From Blastocystis sp. Blastoise (taxonomy: Eukaryota > Protista > Bigyra: Opalinata): a stretch of DNA of 64,000 bases. The first letter of the stretch is position 1, and the number at the start of each line of letters is the position of its first letter. Below are positions 40,241 through 54,500 of this stretch, piece after piece. The notes under the pieces were generated by a model, which did no database searches, was not told the origin of the DNA, and worked only from the letters and a program-made list of their open reading frames with translations. The DNA is taken from NCBI GenBank assembly GCA_039096225.1, contig JBBPEB010000027.1:124001-188000 (forward strand), written 5' to 3'. Made by a program: the position numbers and the translations under genes.

Positions 40241-41031
40241 ATATCAATAATATTGTTTACTTTATATTATTTTATTTAATTATTATTATCTTGTAGGTCT
40301 ATTTCTTCTTCTTCTTTTTTGTAACTAGTAATTATTTATAACTTTTCTTTCTATTAACTTTGCATCTAGCAATATTTAATAGAATAATTATCATTTTCTT
40401 TTATTTATAAATTTTTATAGAATATAAAGATTATTTTTTCTTATTATGTTTTGTATTTATTACTAATAGTGTAATTTTTTCTCAAATTATATTATCATAA
40501 TCATAGTTTTTATATATATTATTCAGTATTATATAATAAATATAAAGAATCTTTTTCTATATATACTTCTCCTTTTTATATTCTAGTAGTATAAATGAAT
40601 AAGGATAAGAATATCAGGTCAGTATTCTTTCTATTTATTTATAATATTTCTATATGCGTAAGAAATTAACGTTGTTAAATATAATGTTTTGTTTAAAGTT
40701 TAAGCATTTTTTTTTAAGAGTTCAATCAAAAGAAAAGAAATTTACGGATTTTTTACCCGTTAAAAAATTTCACGGGTTTTTTTGAAGTCTCTAAAACTCA
40801 CTACCCTCAAAAAAGTTATTTTCTGTTAATAAGAACTTTATTTAAAGCGATTATTCTGTATAGAAAATAGTCTTTAGACAAAATATAGTATTTGGTTGAA
40901 AATGTATATTCTTCTGCTTATAACATATGATATATTTACAACGTTTAAATATAATTAGGTTTAAATTTATTCAATAGTTTCTTCTTTTTAATGTTGTCTT
41001 ATTGTTTTCTTTTATAGACATACGATTTATT

Positions 41032-42972
41032 ATGGACTCAACATTTATATATTTGTTTCTATTGATCTGTTCAGCGTCATATGCTATAATTTTAATTAAT
41101 ACTCGTTTAAAAGTATTTACTTAACTATAATTATTTCTGTCTAGATTAGATTTATTGTTTTATAGATATTTGGTGATTCTAGTTTCATCGTTTTTTATAC
41201 AAATTTACATAATTCCCAGAATATTCAATCAAATCTTCGAATTTTTCCAATCAAAAGTAATAAAAATGGTAATCAAATGACTTCTAATGCGTATGTCTCA
41301 ATAGTTTGCTTATTGTGTTAATAAATTTTTGTTAAATTGATTCAGTTCTATTTTATCATAATAATAATTATATATATGAAATATTGTATATATTTATAGT
41401 TCTTTTCCATTTCAAGATAGTTCAAAAGATCACTATAAGCAGTCAATAGATCAAATTATTCAAACTCTTTCTCCTACAAGTATTCCTACTAGTATTCCTA
41501 CTCTTTCACCTACAAGTATTCCTACTATTCCTCCTACTATTCCTCCTACTCTTTCACCAACTATTCCTCCTACTATTCCTCCTACTCCTCCTCCTTCTCT
41601 TCCTATTGAGTATCCACAAATATATAATAATTTAGTGAATAATTTAAATGAACGCCGTGATATAGTGGGTATATTTTGGAGACGTGTTTCTAATTATAAT
41701 TCTTCACAAATAATTTCTATATTAGATTATTATTATCCTTTACAAAGTGAATATATTAAATATATATATCGATCTACATTCTTTCATATATCATTTAATA
41801 AAGATTTTGAATCTATAAATAGTCAATATACATCATTTCCTGATGACAGTTATTATTGGTTTAAATCAAATAAACAAGATTATCATCCTATTTATGGTAC
41901 TTATTATATGCAACATAGGATATGGAAACATCAATTTCGTTCTTTAAATGGAGATATGAATAATAATTATAATATTCGTTATTTATTTGGAGGTCGATGG
42001 AAATCTGGATTTGGGTCTGTAATGCATGTATTTACATGTATGTTAGCAGTAGCTATCAATCAAAATCGAGTTCTTATGTATATAGATAATGATTATCCAG
42101 ATTGGATAGATAAAGATTTCTGTACAGAAAAAACTTATAATTGTTATTTTTCTCCAATTACTAATATTACATTTGATGGTAAATCAATATTATCTTTAAA
42201 TGATTTAGATAAACGTATTCCTAATTTTAGATCTTATAATCGTTATGAAAAGATGGAACCTGGTAGTGACAATGATCAATATGTATATGCAAAAACACAT
42301 TCAACTCCTTTCTTAAGTAGACCTAAAACTGTTCCTAAATTTGTACAAGAATTCTGCGATATGAATGGTTTAATAAAAGAAGAATGTGCAATATATTGGA
42401 GAATACAAGCAATTGCTTTCTTAACAAGAATGAATCCAAGAACAATAGAATGGATTAAGAATTATAGAAAAGAGAATTGTCCTCAATGTCAAGATTCTTA
42501 TGATGCTGATATACATATAAGACATGGTGATAAATTTACAGAAATGCCTTTAGTTGATAATTCTTATTATTTTGATCCTGTTATTATACTTTGTAAATAT
42601 TTTAATAAAGAAAAAATGACAGTTTTTATAAATGCAGATGAAAATAGATCTATTCAAGAATTATCTTCATATAATAATAATATTGCTACTATGATATCTT
42701 ATAATAATCCAAATAGAAATAATCAATTTATGGATACGTTAAAGACAATACCTTATATTACTCTTATTTCCTTAGCTAATTTATATGAATCATTATATAG
42801 TCCTATACATATAGGTACATATGGTAGTAATTGGAATAGATATTTATTTGAACTGAAACAAACAATAGGATATGGAGGGAAAAGTATGTTTTTAGAAGTA
42901 GGAAAAACTTCATGTATTTCTTATGTTGATTGTAAAAATATAAATACAGATGTAAATGGATTCTGGAGATAG
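41032..42972 (+). CDS. Type II membrane fucosyltransferase, GT23 (FUT8/NodZ)-like
   Basis: Two upstream exons supply the TM anchor (MDSTFIYLFLLICSASYAIILI) and lead into a PT-rich stem. Catalytic motifs SGFGSVMH, HIRHGDK, VFINADE, IGTYGSNWNR. Confidence 0.8.
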
Positions 42973-43661
42973 TAATATATTTATAAGAAATTCTATTCTA
43001 TTTGTTGTTTCAAATATTATTTTTATTATTTTTGTCTTTCATTTTTCAATACTATTTATTATTTTCATATTTATAATATTTATTTTGATTATTGTTAACT
43101 TTTCATTTTCAATTTATGCTCATTTTGTGACTCACCTATATATTTTTTTTAATTCTATTGTGGATCATTGAGTGCTTTTATAGTATTGAAAATATAGTCA
43201 TTATATTTGAATTTCTATTATTATTGATATATATATATAATGAATAATTATCATATTTACTATTTTCACTTTATGTCATAATTATTAATTAAAAATTTCA
43301 ATGATTTATTTAGTTATATATATATATATATATATATATTTAGAATAATAAATTTAATAAATGAAATAGAATACATGTATAATTAGATTTTGTTATTAAA
43401 CGAAACACAGGATTATCATATAAAAAGATAATGTATAGATATGAAAAAGTGCGGTATATAATCTTTAAAGAAAATGATTAAAAGAATAAAAAAAAAACAG
43501 AAATAAAATCTTTAAAGAAAAGAAAAAGCTATGAATAATTATTATAAATTTAAAATGCTATAAAACTATTTAATTTTAAAAAAATAGAAAATGAAAATAA
43601 AAAGACAACAAGAGAAAGAAAAAAAATAACACATCAGATCTATGATATATATATATATTAT

Positions 43662-45295
43662 TTATACATTCAAGAAATTATTCGATTTATTTAAAAGAGA
43701 TTCACGTTGGTCCTCATCATCCTTCGAATGTTTCTCTTCGATATATTGAATAATAGATGAAATTAATGACTATATATATGAATATTATGATTTAATGATA
43801 GTAGAGAAATATAAAAATAATGAATAGAATACTTCTATATAAAATAATATAAATAATAAATGTATATATACCATAAAAGAGACAAAAAGAGCAAATAGTC
43901 CGAAATAATAAATAGTTTGGCTTTCCGATATGGGTACACTCTTAGGGACATTAAAACAACTATATATATATATATATATGGTTATAGTTATAGATCCTGA
44001 TGAGAATAATAGTATATAATAAAGAAAAGACATATACTTTTGTTCATAAGGTTGTTCACTACATCCTTTTGTTAAACCACTCGCAGCACTATATGGATCA
44101 TATTCATGACGGATCTATATATATAGGTATATTAGGTTTATTATTATTATATATTTATTGTTTTATTTATTATTATATATTCATTGTTTTATTTATTATT
44201 ATATATTTATTGTTTTATTTATTATTATTTATTATGTCTATTATTATTTATTGATTTAGTTATTTATTATATTTATATATTAATAATTTCTAATATATAT
44301 ACGCTAAAGGAGATAGAAGTTGGAGGAGTAACAGTATATATAAATGGTGACCAAGTACCTCCGTTATAATAACAACCAACATTCGAACGATGATATACAC
44401 GATAATATAAACGTAATAGAGATCTATTTATACTTATATATATTATTATATTCATATTATGTATATAATAAGAATATATCTTAAACAAAAATAAATAGAA
44501 TATATAATATATATATATATATACGAAGGATAATCGATAGAATAATGATTATCGTCTTCTTCATGAACTCGAAAGCACATAGAAGAGAGATATAAAGTAA
44601 GAGAGCATTGATTATTATCCCATGTACCTCGTAATTGATGACATAAATCAATACATACACTATAGAGAAAATATATAAATACATACAAGTTTATAAAGAA
44701 ATAATAAATATATCTAAATAATAAATATATCTAAATAATAAATATATCTAAATAATAAATATATCTAAATAATAATAAAAAAGAATTTAAAAAAATAATT
44801 AAACATATGTATATACTCATCTGTTGTACATTGTAAATCATCACGTGTGACTATCTCATAGTCCATTGCAGACATTGTGATATTAAATAATTGCTCATCA
44901 TGAGGTCCTTTTAAAACTATTTGTGAATTATTCTTCAGAACAATTGATTTATTTAATATGATATCACTTTTTGCAGAAACACAACCTTCTTTTGGATCAT
45001 TCTCAATTTCACATGAATCACGAACAGGCCAATTATAACCATGCTCATCAATCAGATGTTGAAGTTCATATGGCTTCTCGTCAATAGAGAGATGAAAAGA
45101 AGCTTCTTTAAATTTTGGATATCCAACAGAATTCCAGAGAGTAGCAACTTCATTATATTTTGTGATCAACGCAGATCGGGTATTTGAAAGTTCGTGTTTA
45201 TTCATTGCAATAAACAAAAGCATGTTGGAAAATATGAAAGACAGTATAAAAGAGGGAAGAATAATGAATAGCATATGTTTTAAAATGTTGTTCAT
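43662..45295 (-). CDS. Unknown protein with two TM helices and a Cys-rich lumenal/extracellular domain
   Basis: Six exons splice in frame. N-terminal TM LFIILPSFILSFIFSNMLLFIAM, about 9 Cys, IRHEYDPY, C-terminal TM YYFGLFALFVSFMSLISSII. Confidence 0.7.
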
Positions 45296-46271
45296 GTTCA
45301 ATTCTATTCAATTCTATAAATATATCAAAAGTAACGAAAAAGAAAAAATATAAATATACTTTTGTGATTTCTCAGAAAAAAAAATGATACTGAATACAAA
45401 ATTTTTTCAGGAGAAGTTGAATGGAAATTGTGGTCATTTATTATATTTAAATAAAATGACGCCGTCATTTAGTCATGGGAATCTGAGTTTATTCCCAAAT
45501 AAAAAGAAATCATTGGATAACAAAAGAAAAGAGATACTCGTCAAGAGATACCACAAAATTTTTTTCATGAAAGAACAAAAGACTCCACGTACTTTAAGCT
45601 TCTTTTTATTCTTTTTGAATCAGGAAATTGTATACAGTTTTTATTCAATGAAACACTTAAAACATGATCTAATGGATATGAAGTGAAAATAATAACAAAC
45701 AACAATTTTTCTTTTGTCAATTCATTTTTAATGATAATCAAAGTTTGCTTGAAACTAACATATTTATACTGTTGGTAAAGCATTTTTATTTTTTATTTAC
45801 ACCATACTATAAGAAAACGTCAATTGAGACTAACAAAAACAGTGTAAATTGTAATTTTATTTGAAGAATTAATATTTCGTCACTTACAATATTTCAACAA
45901 TCTCAGAGTAATTCACTTTTCGCCAAAGAATCAAGATATTACTTATTATTTTTCGTTTCATTTTTTAATTGAAATCAATGCGAAGAAAAATCAACTTCAC
46001 CTATGTAGGTATTATTTATCTGCCTCTACTGTTTTTAGATAATCATTTAAACACAAAAATAGCAACTAAAAGTAATTGTGTTGAGTTTCTTTTTAAAAGA
46101 AAATAAATGAATTACAGACTCATGATCCTATTCATACGTTTTTGAAATATATCCAAATATATACATTCACTAAAAGCAAGTTATTCATAAAAAGTACGAA
46201 TAATGTAAATTATTTAAAATTTTCAAAATTTTCTATTCTTTATATAATAATTTTAAGCATAATATGTATAC

Positions 46272-46353
46272 GACAATTTGCCAGAGTGGTTAATGGGATG
46301 GACTCGAAATCCATTGGCCTTCGGCCGCGCAAGTTCGAATCCTGCAGTTGTCG
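46272..46353 (+). tRNA. tRNA-Ser(CGA)
   Basis: GACAATT/AGTTGTC acceptor, anticodon arm ATGGA-CTCGAAA-TCCAT, long variable arm GGCCTTCGGCC. Confidence 0.95.
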
Positions 46354-46944
46354 ATCTATTTTTTCCATTTTAATAAAAACTATTCACTGTTGTAACTTTA
46401 TTTTTTTGCATTCTTATTCATTATATTATTTAGCATCATTGTTTACTACATTAATTCTATATTTATTATCAATAGTCTGGCATTTCTTTAAGGATATAAT
46501 GAAAATGCGTGTCAAACATTAGCTTATTAGTATTCCTAAGATTGTTTTTCCAGTCATAACGTATATGACTATAATGAATTCACTTTTATAAAATAAAAAA
46601 TTAATATATATTTTATTTTAATAAAATGTGTGTTTGCGATAATGACTAGAATATTCATAAAACTAAATCATAAATGCATTATAATTCTTCGTTTAAAATA
46701 GAATAAACATATATAAAAAAGAGAGACTGCTGTATTAATCATTTAACGTTATTTTAATAGAGTTTAATATCCAATCTATTCTATCAGTAATAAAAATTAT
46801 AAAAAAATATTTTTGCAATAAAATTCTGAATCGTAATATGATAATATATTCAAAAAATAAATTTTATAAATAGAATATTAAATTCTTTTTAATTTTCATT
46901 TTACAATATATTCAAATAATAATATAGTCATAAATCCTTAGAAA

Positions 46945-47016
46945 GGGGGTGTGGCGCAACGGTAGCGCGCTAGATTCCAGATCTAGCGGTTGCGTGTTCG
47001 AATCACGTCACCCTCA
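46945..47016 (+). tRNA. tRNA-Trp(CCA)
   Basis: GGGGGTG/CACCCTC acceptor, CTAGA-TTCCAGA-TCTAG anticodon arm, GTTCGAATC, T-run terminator. Confidence 0.95.
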
Positions 47017-47238
47017 TATTTTTTTTTTGATTATTTTGGAACAACAAAATATTCATTTTTATATTTATTACTAGAATAAAAAATAAAGCAAAACACAAGT
47101 TGAGAATAGAAAAGTTTACATGGGTAAGTAAATAAGAAAACAAACATAAACACACATAAAATGAACATAAAAATAATTCATAGTAAAATAAAATATATAT
47201 ATAATATAAAAAAAAAAGTAAAATGAATAGGAATGTAT

Positions 47239-49001
47239 TTATTCTTGTGCATCAGCATCCATTTCTTCTTCTTCATCTTGTTCTTCGTCTTTAGTTTGTT
47301 CAATATCACCTCTTTCAATCTTATTAATTTCATTTAATATGACAGCACACTTAGACTTTATGACTTCTAAAGCCTATTTATATATATTTATCATAATATT
47401 ATATATATTTATCATAATATATTTGAAAACTAGAATGTTATTTAGTAAATAAAAAAAAAAAAATAAAATTGTATTGAGACAATAATAAAAATAAATATAA
47501 ATAATAACTATATACTCTATTCATGATGGTTTCCACGGGAATAACACCAGTACTTTCGACAGTATAAATGAAATCATTCTTAACTCTATATAATAATACA
47601 TCTTCTTCTTTTCCTTCACCACGAATACATTCACGGCATAAACTATTATATTATATTATATACTATTATATTATATTATATTATATCATATTATATATAA
47701 AACATTTATATAAAATAAATAATTGACAATAGAAAAGATATGACAATATATATATATATAATAATATACGAGCAATTCATAGGTTTATTGACAACAGCTT
47801 GTATTTTTCCATTACCCAAATCTTCGATATCAAATACACCCATAGGGCAACATTTTACTAAATCTATAGCATCCTGATTATATTTAGGTTTATTAATATA
47901 TATATCTGGACGCATTCTATAACTAGCAGTACATACAGGAGACCTTTAGAAAATAATAGTATAGTATATCATATATATATATATATATCTTGTATTGTAT
48001 TGTAGAGTATAATATATATATACCACTTAGCATGATCTTGACCAACTCCCTTCACAGCATACATATCTATATCAATTTCCTATATAGAATAAATAGAATA
48101 AATATAATAATAATAATAGTAATATATATACTTGACCAGGAGCTAATTTCATGACGATGATATCGTCATCAGCAACACAAAGATTATCTTCAGGATAACT
48201 TAACTATATATATATTATAACATTAATAATAATAAATAATATAATAAATATAAATAAATCTATGACTAAAACTTAATTGTTTTCCTACTCTTGTAGCTTT
48301 TATACTATGACTATATACAGTCATATATTCAACAGGTTTGGGGTTAGTAGGATCACTACGAGGCATGGTTTGAAGCTCAGCTTTTGATGGACATTTTACC
48401 TAATTATATATATATATATATAGAAAAGAAATAAATAAATATTTATATGTAAATAAAAAAAAAATTGAAATGTTACATACAAAATAAAACATAATAAAAT
48501 AATTACTTTTAAGGAGAATTTAATAGAATTAGCATCAGTGAAATTATTTTTTTCTGTGACATATTCGAAATCATTAGGTTCAGCTTTTATGGGAATTAAA
48601 CCTAATCTGTGACATAAAACTTCATCTTGCATAACAGAAGTATTATTATTGACAAAACAAGTCTCAATAGCCATAGTAGGAATTTCTGCAATTAAAACAC
48701 GTCTAATAGTGTTTGCAATAGCAGGGCTAATACCAGAAACTTCAAATACAATCATTCTGTCTTTCTATACAAGACATACATATATTCATAACTATAATAA
48801 CTAAATAAAGATAAAATACTTTATCTAAAACATCAATTTTCAAGTTCTTAGGCCATTCAGCCATGAAATTTTCACTGATATCATTACGTTGAAGAATCTA
48901 TAGAAAAACAACATTGACAAAATGACATAAAAACTGATATATTAAAATACATTTTTAACTTCATACGCACAAGCTTGAACTTTAGGAGTTTCTATTTCCA
49001 T
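47239..49001 (-). CDS. RPC40: RNA polymerase I/III shared subunit AC40
   Basis: IANTIRRVLIAEIPTMAIE, NNTSVMQDEVLCHRLGLIP, KLAPGQEI, GQDHAKWSPVCTASYR, CCPMGVFDIED. Confidence 0.95.
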
Positions 49002-49796
49002 TTTATATGTTGGTCAAAAGTATTTAAAACAGTTGAAAGGTTACTTAACAATTTGTGAGTTTTATTCTTGAACTCGGCTATTTGCGCTCTTGTCCATCCA
49101 CAAAAAATAATCATCATATTTTCATGATTATGTGTGGTCTCTATACTTTATTTTAATTTTTTTCATACTCTTCTTTTCTTTTGAAGAAAAATCATTTTTG
49201 ACTCTAATTTGAATATGAAAACTTGGGAATTTCCAATTATACTTTGTTTCGTAATATCTTTATCAAAATACAATATATTGATATTTATACATACTACATA
49301 TACTATATTATACAGTTTGAATAAGATAGAAATGAAATTAATCTAAATGATTGGTCATTAAATCAATTGATTCCTTTTATTTTTCATCTTTTTGCATTTA
49401 AATATTGTGAAATGAAACGATATGTCTTATTAATCTTTGGAGAATATATTTGACAAATAATGATCTTTCTCAATACGACATTTTTAGCGTTTTTGATTTA
49501 AATTTTATTGATTAAAAAGTAGTTTATTGTTTATAAAAAAATAAAACAATACAAAAAAACAGTTATGAATGTATTCAAGAGAGACGTGAAAAAGAAATGA
49601 AAATAAACAACAAAATGTACGTATTTATAGTAGTTGACAAAAAGAAAACATTTTAATAATGACAAGGCAATTTCATATAGAAAGTAAATAATAGTATGTA
49701 CAAGAATATTATTATTGAAAAGTAATAATAATGATAAATGAAAAAAATATAGAGAGTAGTTTATAATAATTATATATATATAATGAAATGTAGTAT

Positions 49797-50015
49797 TTAA
49801 TATCCAATTTCTTTATCAGCACGACACATGCTACAGCCCAAAGAGAATTCTTCACCGTTTGGAGGATGTTGAATATGCTATATAATAATATTATTATTAT
49901 ATGTATTATTATAAGAATAAAATAGAGTTATATATATATATATATATATACAAGTGGACACTTTTCAATTCCAGGACACTTTGGTAATTGATCTCGAGGC
50001 TATATAATAATAATA

Positions 50016-50050
<35 letters not shown>

Positions 50051-50248
50051 CATATATATTATATATAATAATATACCTTCTTTGCAATTCCTTCTCCGTT
50101 GTTTTGTTTCTTATGACAACTGTCACAGAAATGAGTGGTACTCCAACAGAACCAAGAGGCAACGTTGCAGCAGAATTTGCATTTGAAAGTAATAAATTCA
50201 CCACCGTGTTTAGGGCATGTCTTTATACCTAAAGCAATAGCACTACAC

Positions 50249-50342
<94 letters not shown>

Positions 50343-50403
50343 AGAGGGTAAAGAAAATTATAAATAATAAATAGAAATAAATAATAATAATTATTATTAT
50401 TAG

Positions 50404-50454
<51 letters not shown>

Positions 50455-50983
50455 ACAAATTCTCTCAGGATCGTTTTCATTTGCTTCAGCGATTGAGCAA
50501 TTAGCAGCACCTCCGAAATAAGGCTTATGACACTTCGAGCACATGAAATAGACATAATGGTGAAGAGCAAAACCAGTAGGATTATGGTAAAAACGACCAG
50601 TCTATATATACATATATAATATATATATATATCAAGTTATTAATTTATATATTTATATACGGGATTGACAATTTCAGGAGATTTGTCCATATGTTCATAC
50701 TTTAAGCGGTTTTCAGCCATATCCTAAAAATTATTAAGAATTATTAATAAAACTCAATATTTATGAATATATATATATATATATATACTTCGACTTTCTT
50801 CTTAATGTCTTTTAATGGCTTTAATATGGAATCTAAGACTTCACATTCAATTGGCTATATATATAGTATATATTATAGATTATAATATACTATAATAAAT
50901 ATAATTATATATATACTTGTCTACATTGAGGGCAACAAAGTTCTTGGAAAGTAATTTTAGAATGACCATTATAAGCTTCTATA

Positions 50984-51020
<37 letters not shown>

Positions 51021-51265
51021 CTCTATAATATACATACAAAACAAAATAATAATAAACAAATACTTGATAATATATATATATACCTTCATACAATCATAAT
51101 GAAAATAATGATTGCATTTCAATTGTACGACACAATCATCTTCTAATCCTGATGTATAGCACAAGGAGCAATACTCTGATCCCTCAGGGAGTGGGGGATG
51201 TGAACAGCCATTATGTATACATTGAGGGTGAACTCTTTCTCCTTTTACACCTCCACACGCATGGC

Positions 51266-51363
<98 letters not shown>

Positions 51364-51473
51364 TAGAATAAGATATTAATAATAAATATAAGTTAATAAA
51401 TATATACATGAGTGTAATTACAGGCCATTTTTTGTTTTTCTTGACAGTCAGGGTTATCACATCCATGACCATC

Positions 51474-51551
<78 letters not shown>

Positions 51552-54500
51552 TATATATACTTCTAATAGGTTCTTGACAAAATCTGCATAACACAGCTTG
51601 TTTTCGTTCTTGGAATTCTTCGCACGTGTATCCCATGTGATAAGGAGATGTCATACATTTTATACAAATAGAATTACTACATATACATGTGTATAGAAGA
51701 AATATAATATAATATAATATAATATAATATATATAATATAATATATATATATATATACTTGCAGTTACGACATCGTGTTCTGTACATATTATAGTGTTCT
51801 GAATGAACAGGGTTTAATCGAACGCCGTTATCATCCGTTATATCATAACAGGCGTGGGGATCCCCTTCTTCCTATATATATAATAGGCATAAATACAACA
51901 AACATAATAATAATAAACATAATAATAATAATAAACATAATAATAATAAACATAATAATAATAATCATAATAATAATAATAATAATCATAATAATAATAA
52001 TAAACATAATAAACATAATAAACAAAATAATAAACATAATAATAAAATAAATAAAACATACACAAATAAAGCTATTACCGCATGGACAGTTGACAGCATA
52101 TTCTTTTTGATCGGAGTTGTGATTATTTTCTTGTGACAGCATGACACGAACTGATTTATCGTTGATTTTCTCTTCAAGTTTACTATCTAAGTTCCTAAAT
52201 AACATAGGTTCAAGATTCTCTGTGCATCCTTTATGAGGACAAGTAGGATATAAAGAAGTAACACGGTTATCTTCTAGCCAATGATTAATATAATTACTAA
52301 TACAATCTTGACAACAAACATGATTTTTAGAACATACATATAAATATAATAAATTATTATCACGTTTTCTTAAACATAAATCACATTTCATTCGTGAACG
52401 ATCAAAACAACAGCTGTCGACACGATTTATATTTTCAAATTCTGCGTCACTATTTGTGTCACTTGAATCTTCTCTATTTATTGGAGGATCTTGTAAACCA
52501 ACGAATTGCACGTGACTAGAATAATTAATTTCTGGTTCTTTATAATTAAATCCATTTTGATATGGATTGAATGGATCATTATGGTCACTATTCTTACGTC
52601 TAAAAGCATTGTTATCATTAGAATAATCGTCTCTTTTAATATTATTAGAATTATTGAAAGCATGTTGATTATTATCATCACTATCTGATTGATTCACTAC
52701 GGGACTATATTGAGGTTGTTGAGGAACATCGACATATCGAGAAGATCCATTGATTTCATGTAAATTATTCATTTTTGGTTCTTGTATATTAATATTCATT
52801 TTCTTTTCTTTAGCTTCTTCTTCTTCTTCACTTGTTGAAGACTCATTCATCATTTCACTAATATAACGATTTGATTTCGCAGGTATATGATCAAAAAACT
52901 TTTCTTGCTTATCATCTGAGAATATAAAAGAAGCATCACGAGATCTATTAGCATTAGGTATAGGTGAAGAAGGAGAAGAAGGAGAAGGAGAATGTTGTTG
53001 AGATTCTACAGGTACAAAAGATGATGCTTTAGGAAAGATCCCAAAAGGTGGAGGTGAAACTAGATTCGTAGAATTCTTAGAAGCAGAAGTAGATTGTGCA
53101 GTAGAAGAAGCAGTATTAGGTTTATTATTATGAAGAGGAGGAGGAGGAGGAAGTGAACTTCTTAAGTTGGTTTTGGGGTTATTTGGTTTAAAGAAAAAAA
53201 GAGGAGGAGGAGAAGGAGAAGATATTTCTTCTTGAGCATGATAAGTAGGAGATAAATGGCCAGTATTAGAAATATCACCACCAAGAGTAGTAGTAGTAGG
53301 AATAGAAGGAACAGGAGATTTACCATGAGTAGAAGGTCGAGGAGGGAAATAAACAGGATCTCGTTGTTCTTGTGCATTAGATACACTTGACGCATCAGTC
53401 TTATAGAGGAATGGCTGAGGTTGAACTAATTTAGGAGAACCAGTTGAAGAATTATTAATATTCATGGGATTTAAAACAGGACTATTTGAATCCATGAAAG
53501 AAGGTGAACCATTTATATTAGATAAATTAACAGCAGGTATATTCATAGATAAATTGATCGATGGATTTAATACAGGAGAAGTATTATTATTATTATTATT
53601 ATTATTAGAATTCATATTATTATTAGTTTTATAAGGCACTCTTTGAGGAGGCATAAAGAAAGACGGTTTAGTACTGTTATTAGTGAAAAATGAAGGAGGA
53701 TCCATCACTTTTCTAAAACTCTCATTAATATTATTATTAGTATTAATATTAGGCTGATTTACAGGTGGAAAAGAAGGCATTTGATCTCTATTATTAGTAT
53801 TTATATTAGGTTGATTCATACGTGGAAAAGAAGGCATTTGATCTCTATTATTAGTATTAATATTAGGTTGATTCATACGTGGAAAAGAAGGCATTTGATC
53901 TCTATTATTAGTATTAATATTAGGATGATTCATAGGTGGAAAAGAAGGCATTTGATCTCTATTATTAGTATTAATATTAGGATGATTCATAGGTGGAAAA
54001 GAAGGAGTTTTATTTCCATTATTAGCATTAATATTAGGATGATTCATAGGTGGAAAAAAATGCATATTATTTCCATTATTAGCATTAATATTAGGATGAT
54101 TCATAGGTGGAAAAAAAGGAGTTTTATTATCATTATTAGTATTAATATTAGGATGATTCATAGGTGGAAATGAAGGAGTTTTATTTCCATTATTAGTATT
54201 AGGTTGATTCATAGGTGGAAATGAAGGCATATGATCTCTATCAAAGCTAGCACCATTATTTCCTTGACTTACATTCATATTTTGATTAAAATTTGCATTT
54301 CCATTGGCTTGTAACGAGTTTTGATCGTTTGTTCTGTGTTCATTTGCATTATTTGAAGGATTAAATAGCATTGACACAGGAGGTGGTGGTGGTAATTGAG
54401 AATTACTTTGATTCATATCACCAAAAGGTGACTGAGCAAAAATGGGCTTATTATTACCAACATCAGATGGACCAACATTTGGAATATCCATTGAATTCAG

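Noticed and set aside
40755-40777. Small inverted repeat ACCCGT...ACGGGT upstream of the fucosyltransferase
   Set aside because: Only a 6-bp stem with no second occurrence to support a function.
46945-47016. tRNA-Trp as a UGA readthrough tRNA, or an altered genetic code
   Set aside because: The anticodon stem is the normal 5 bp, and no conserved gene needs stop reassignment.
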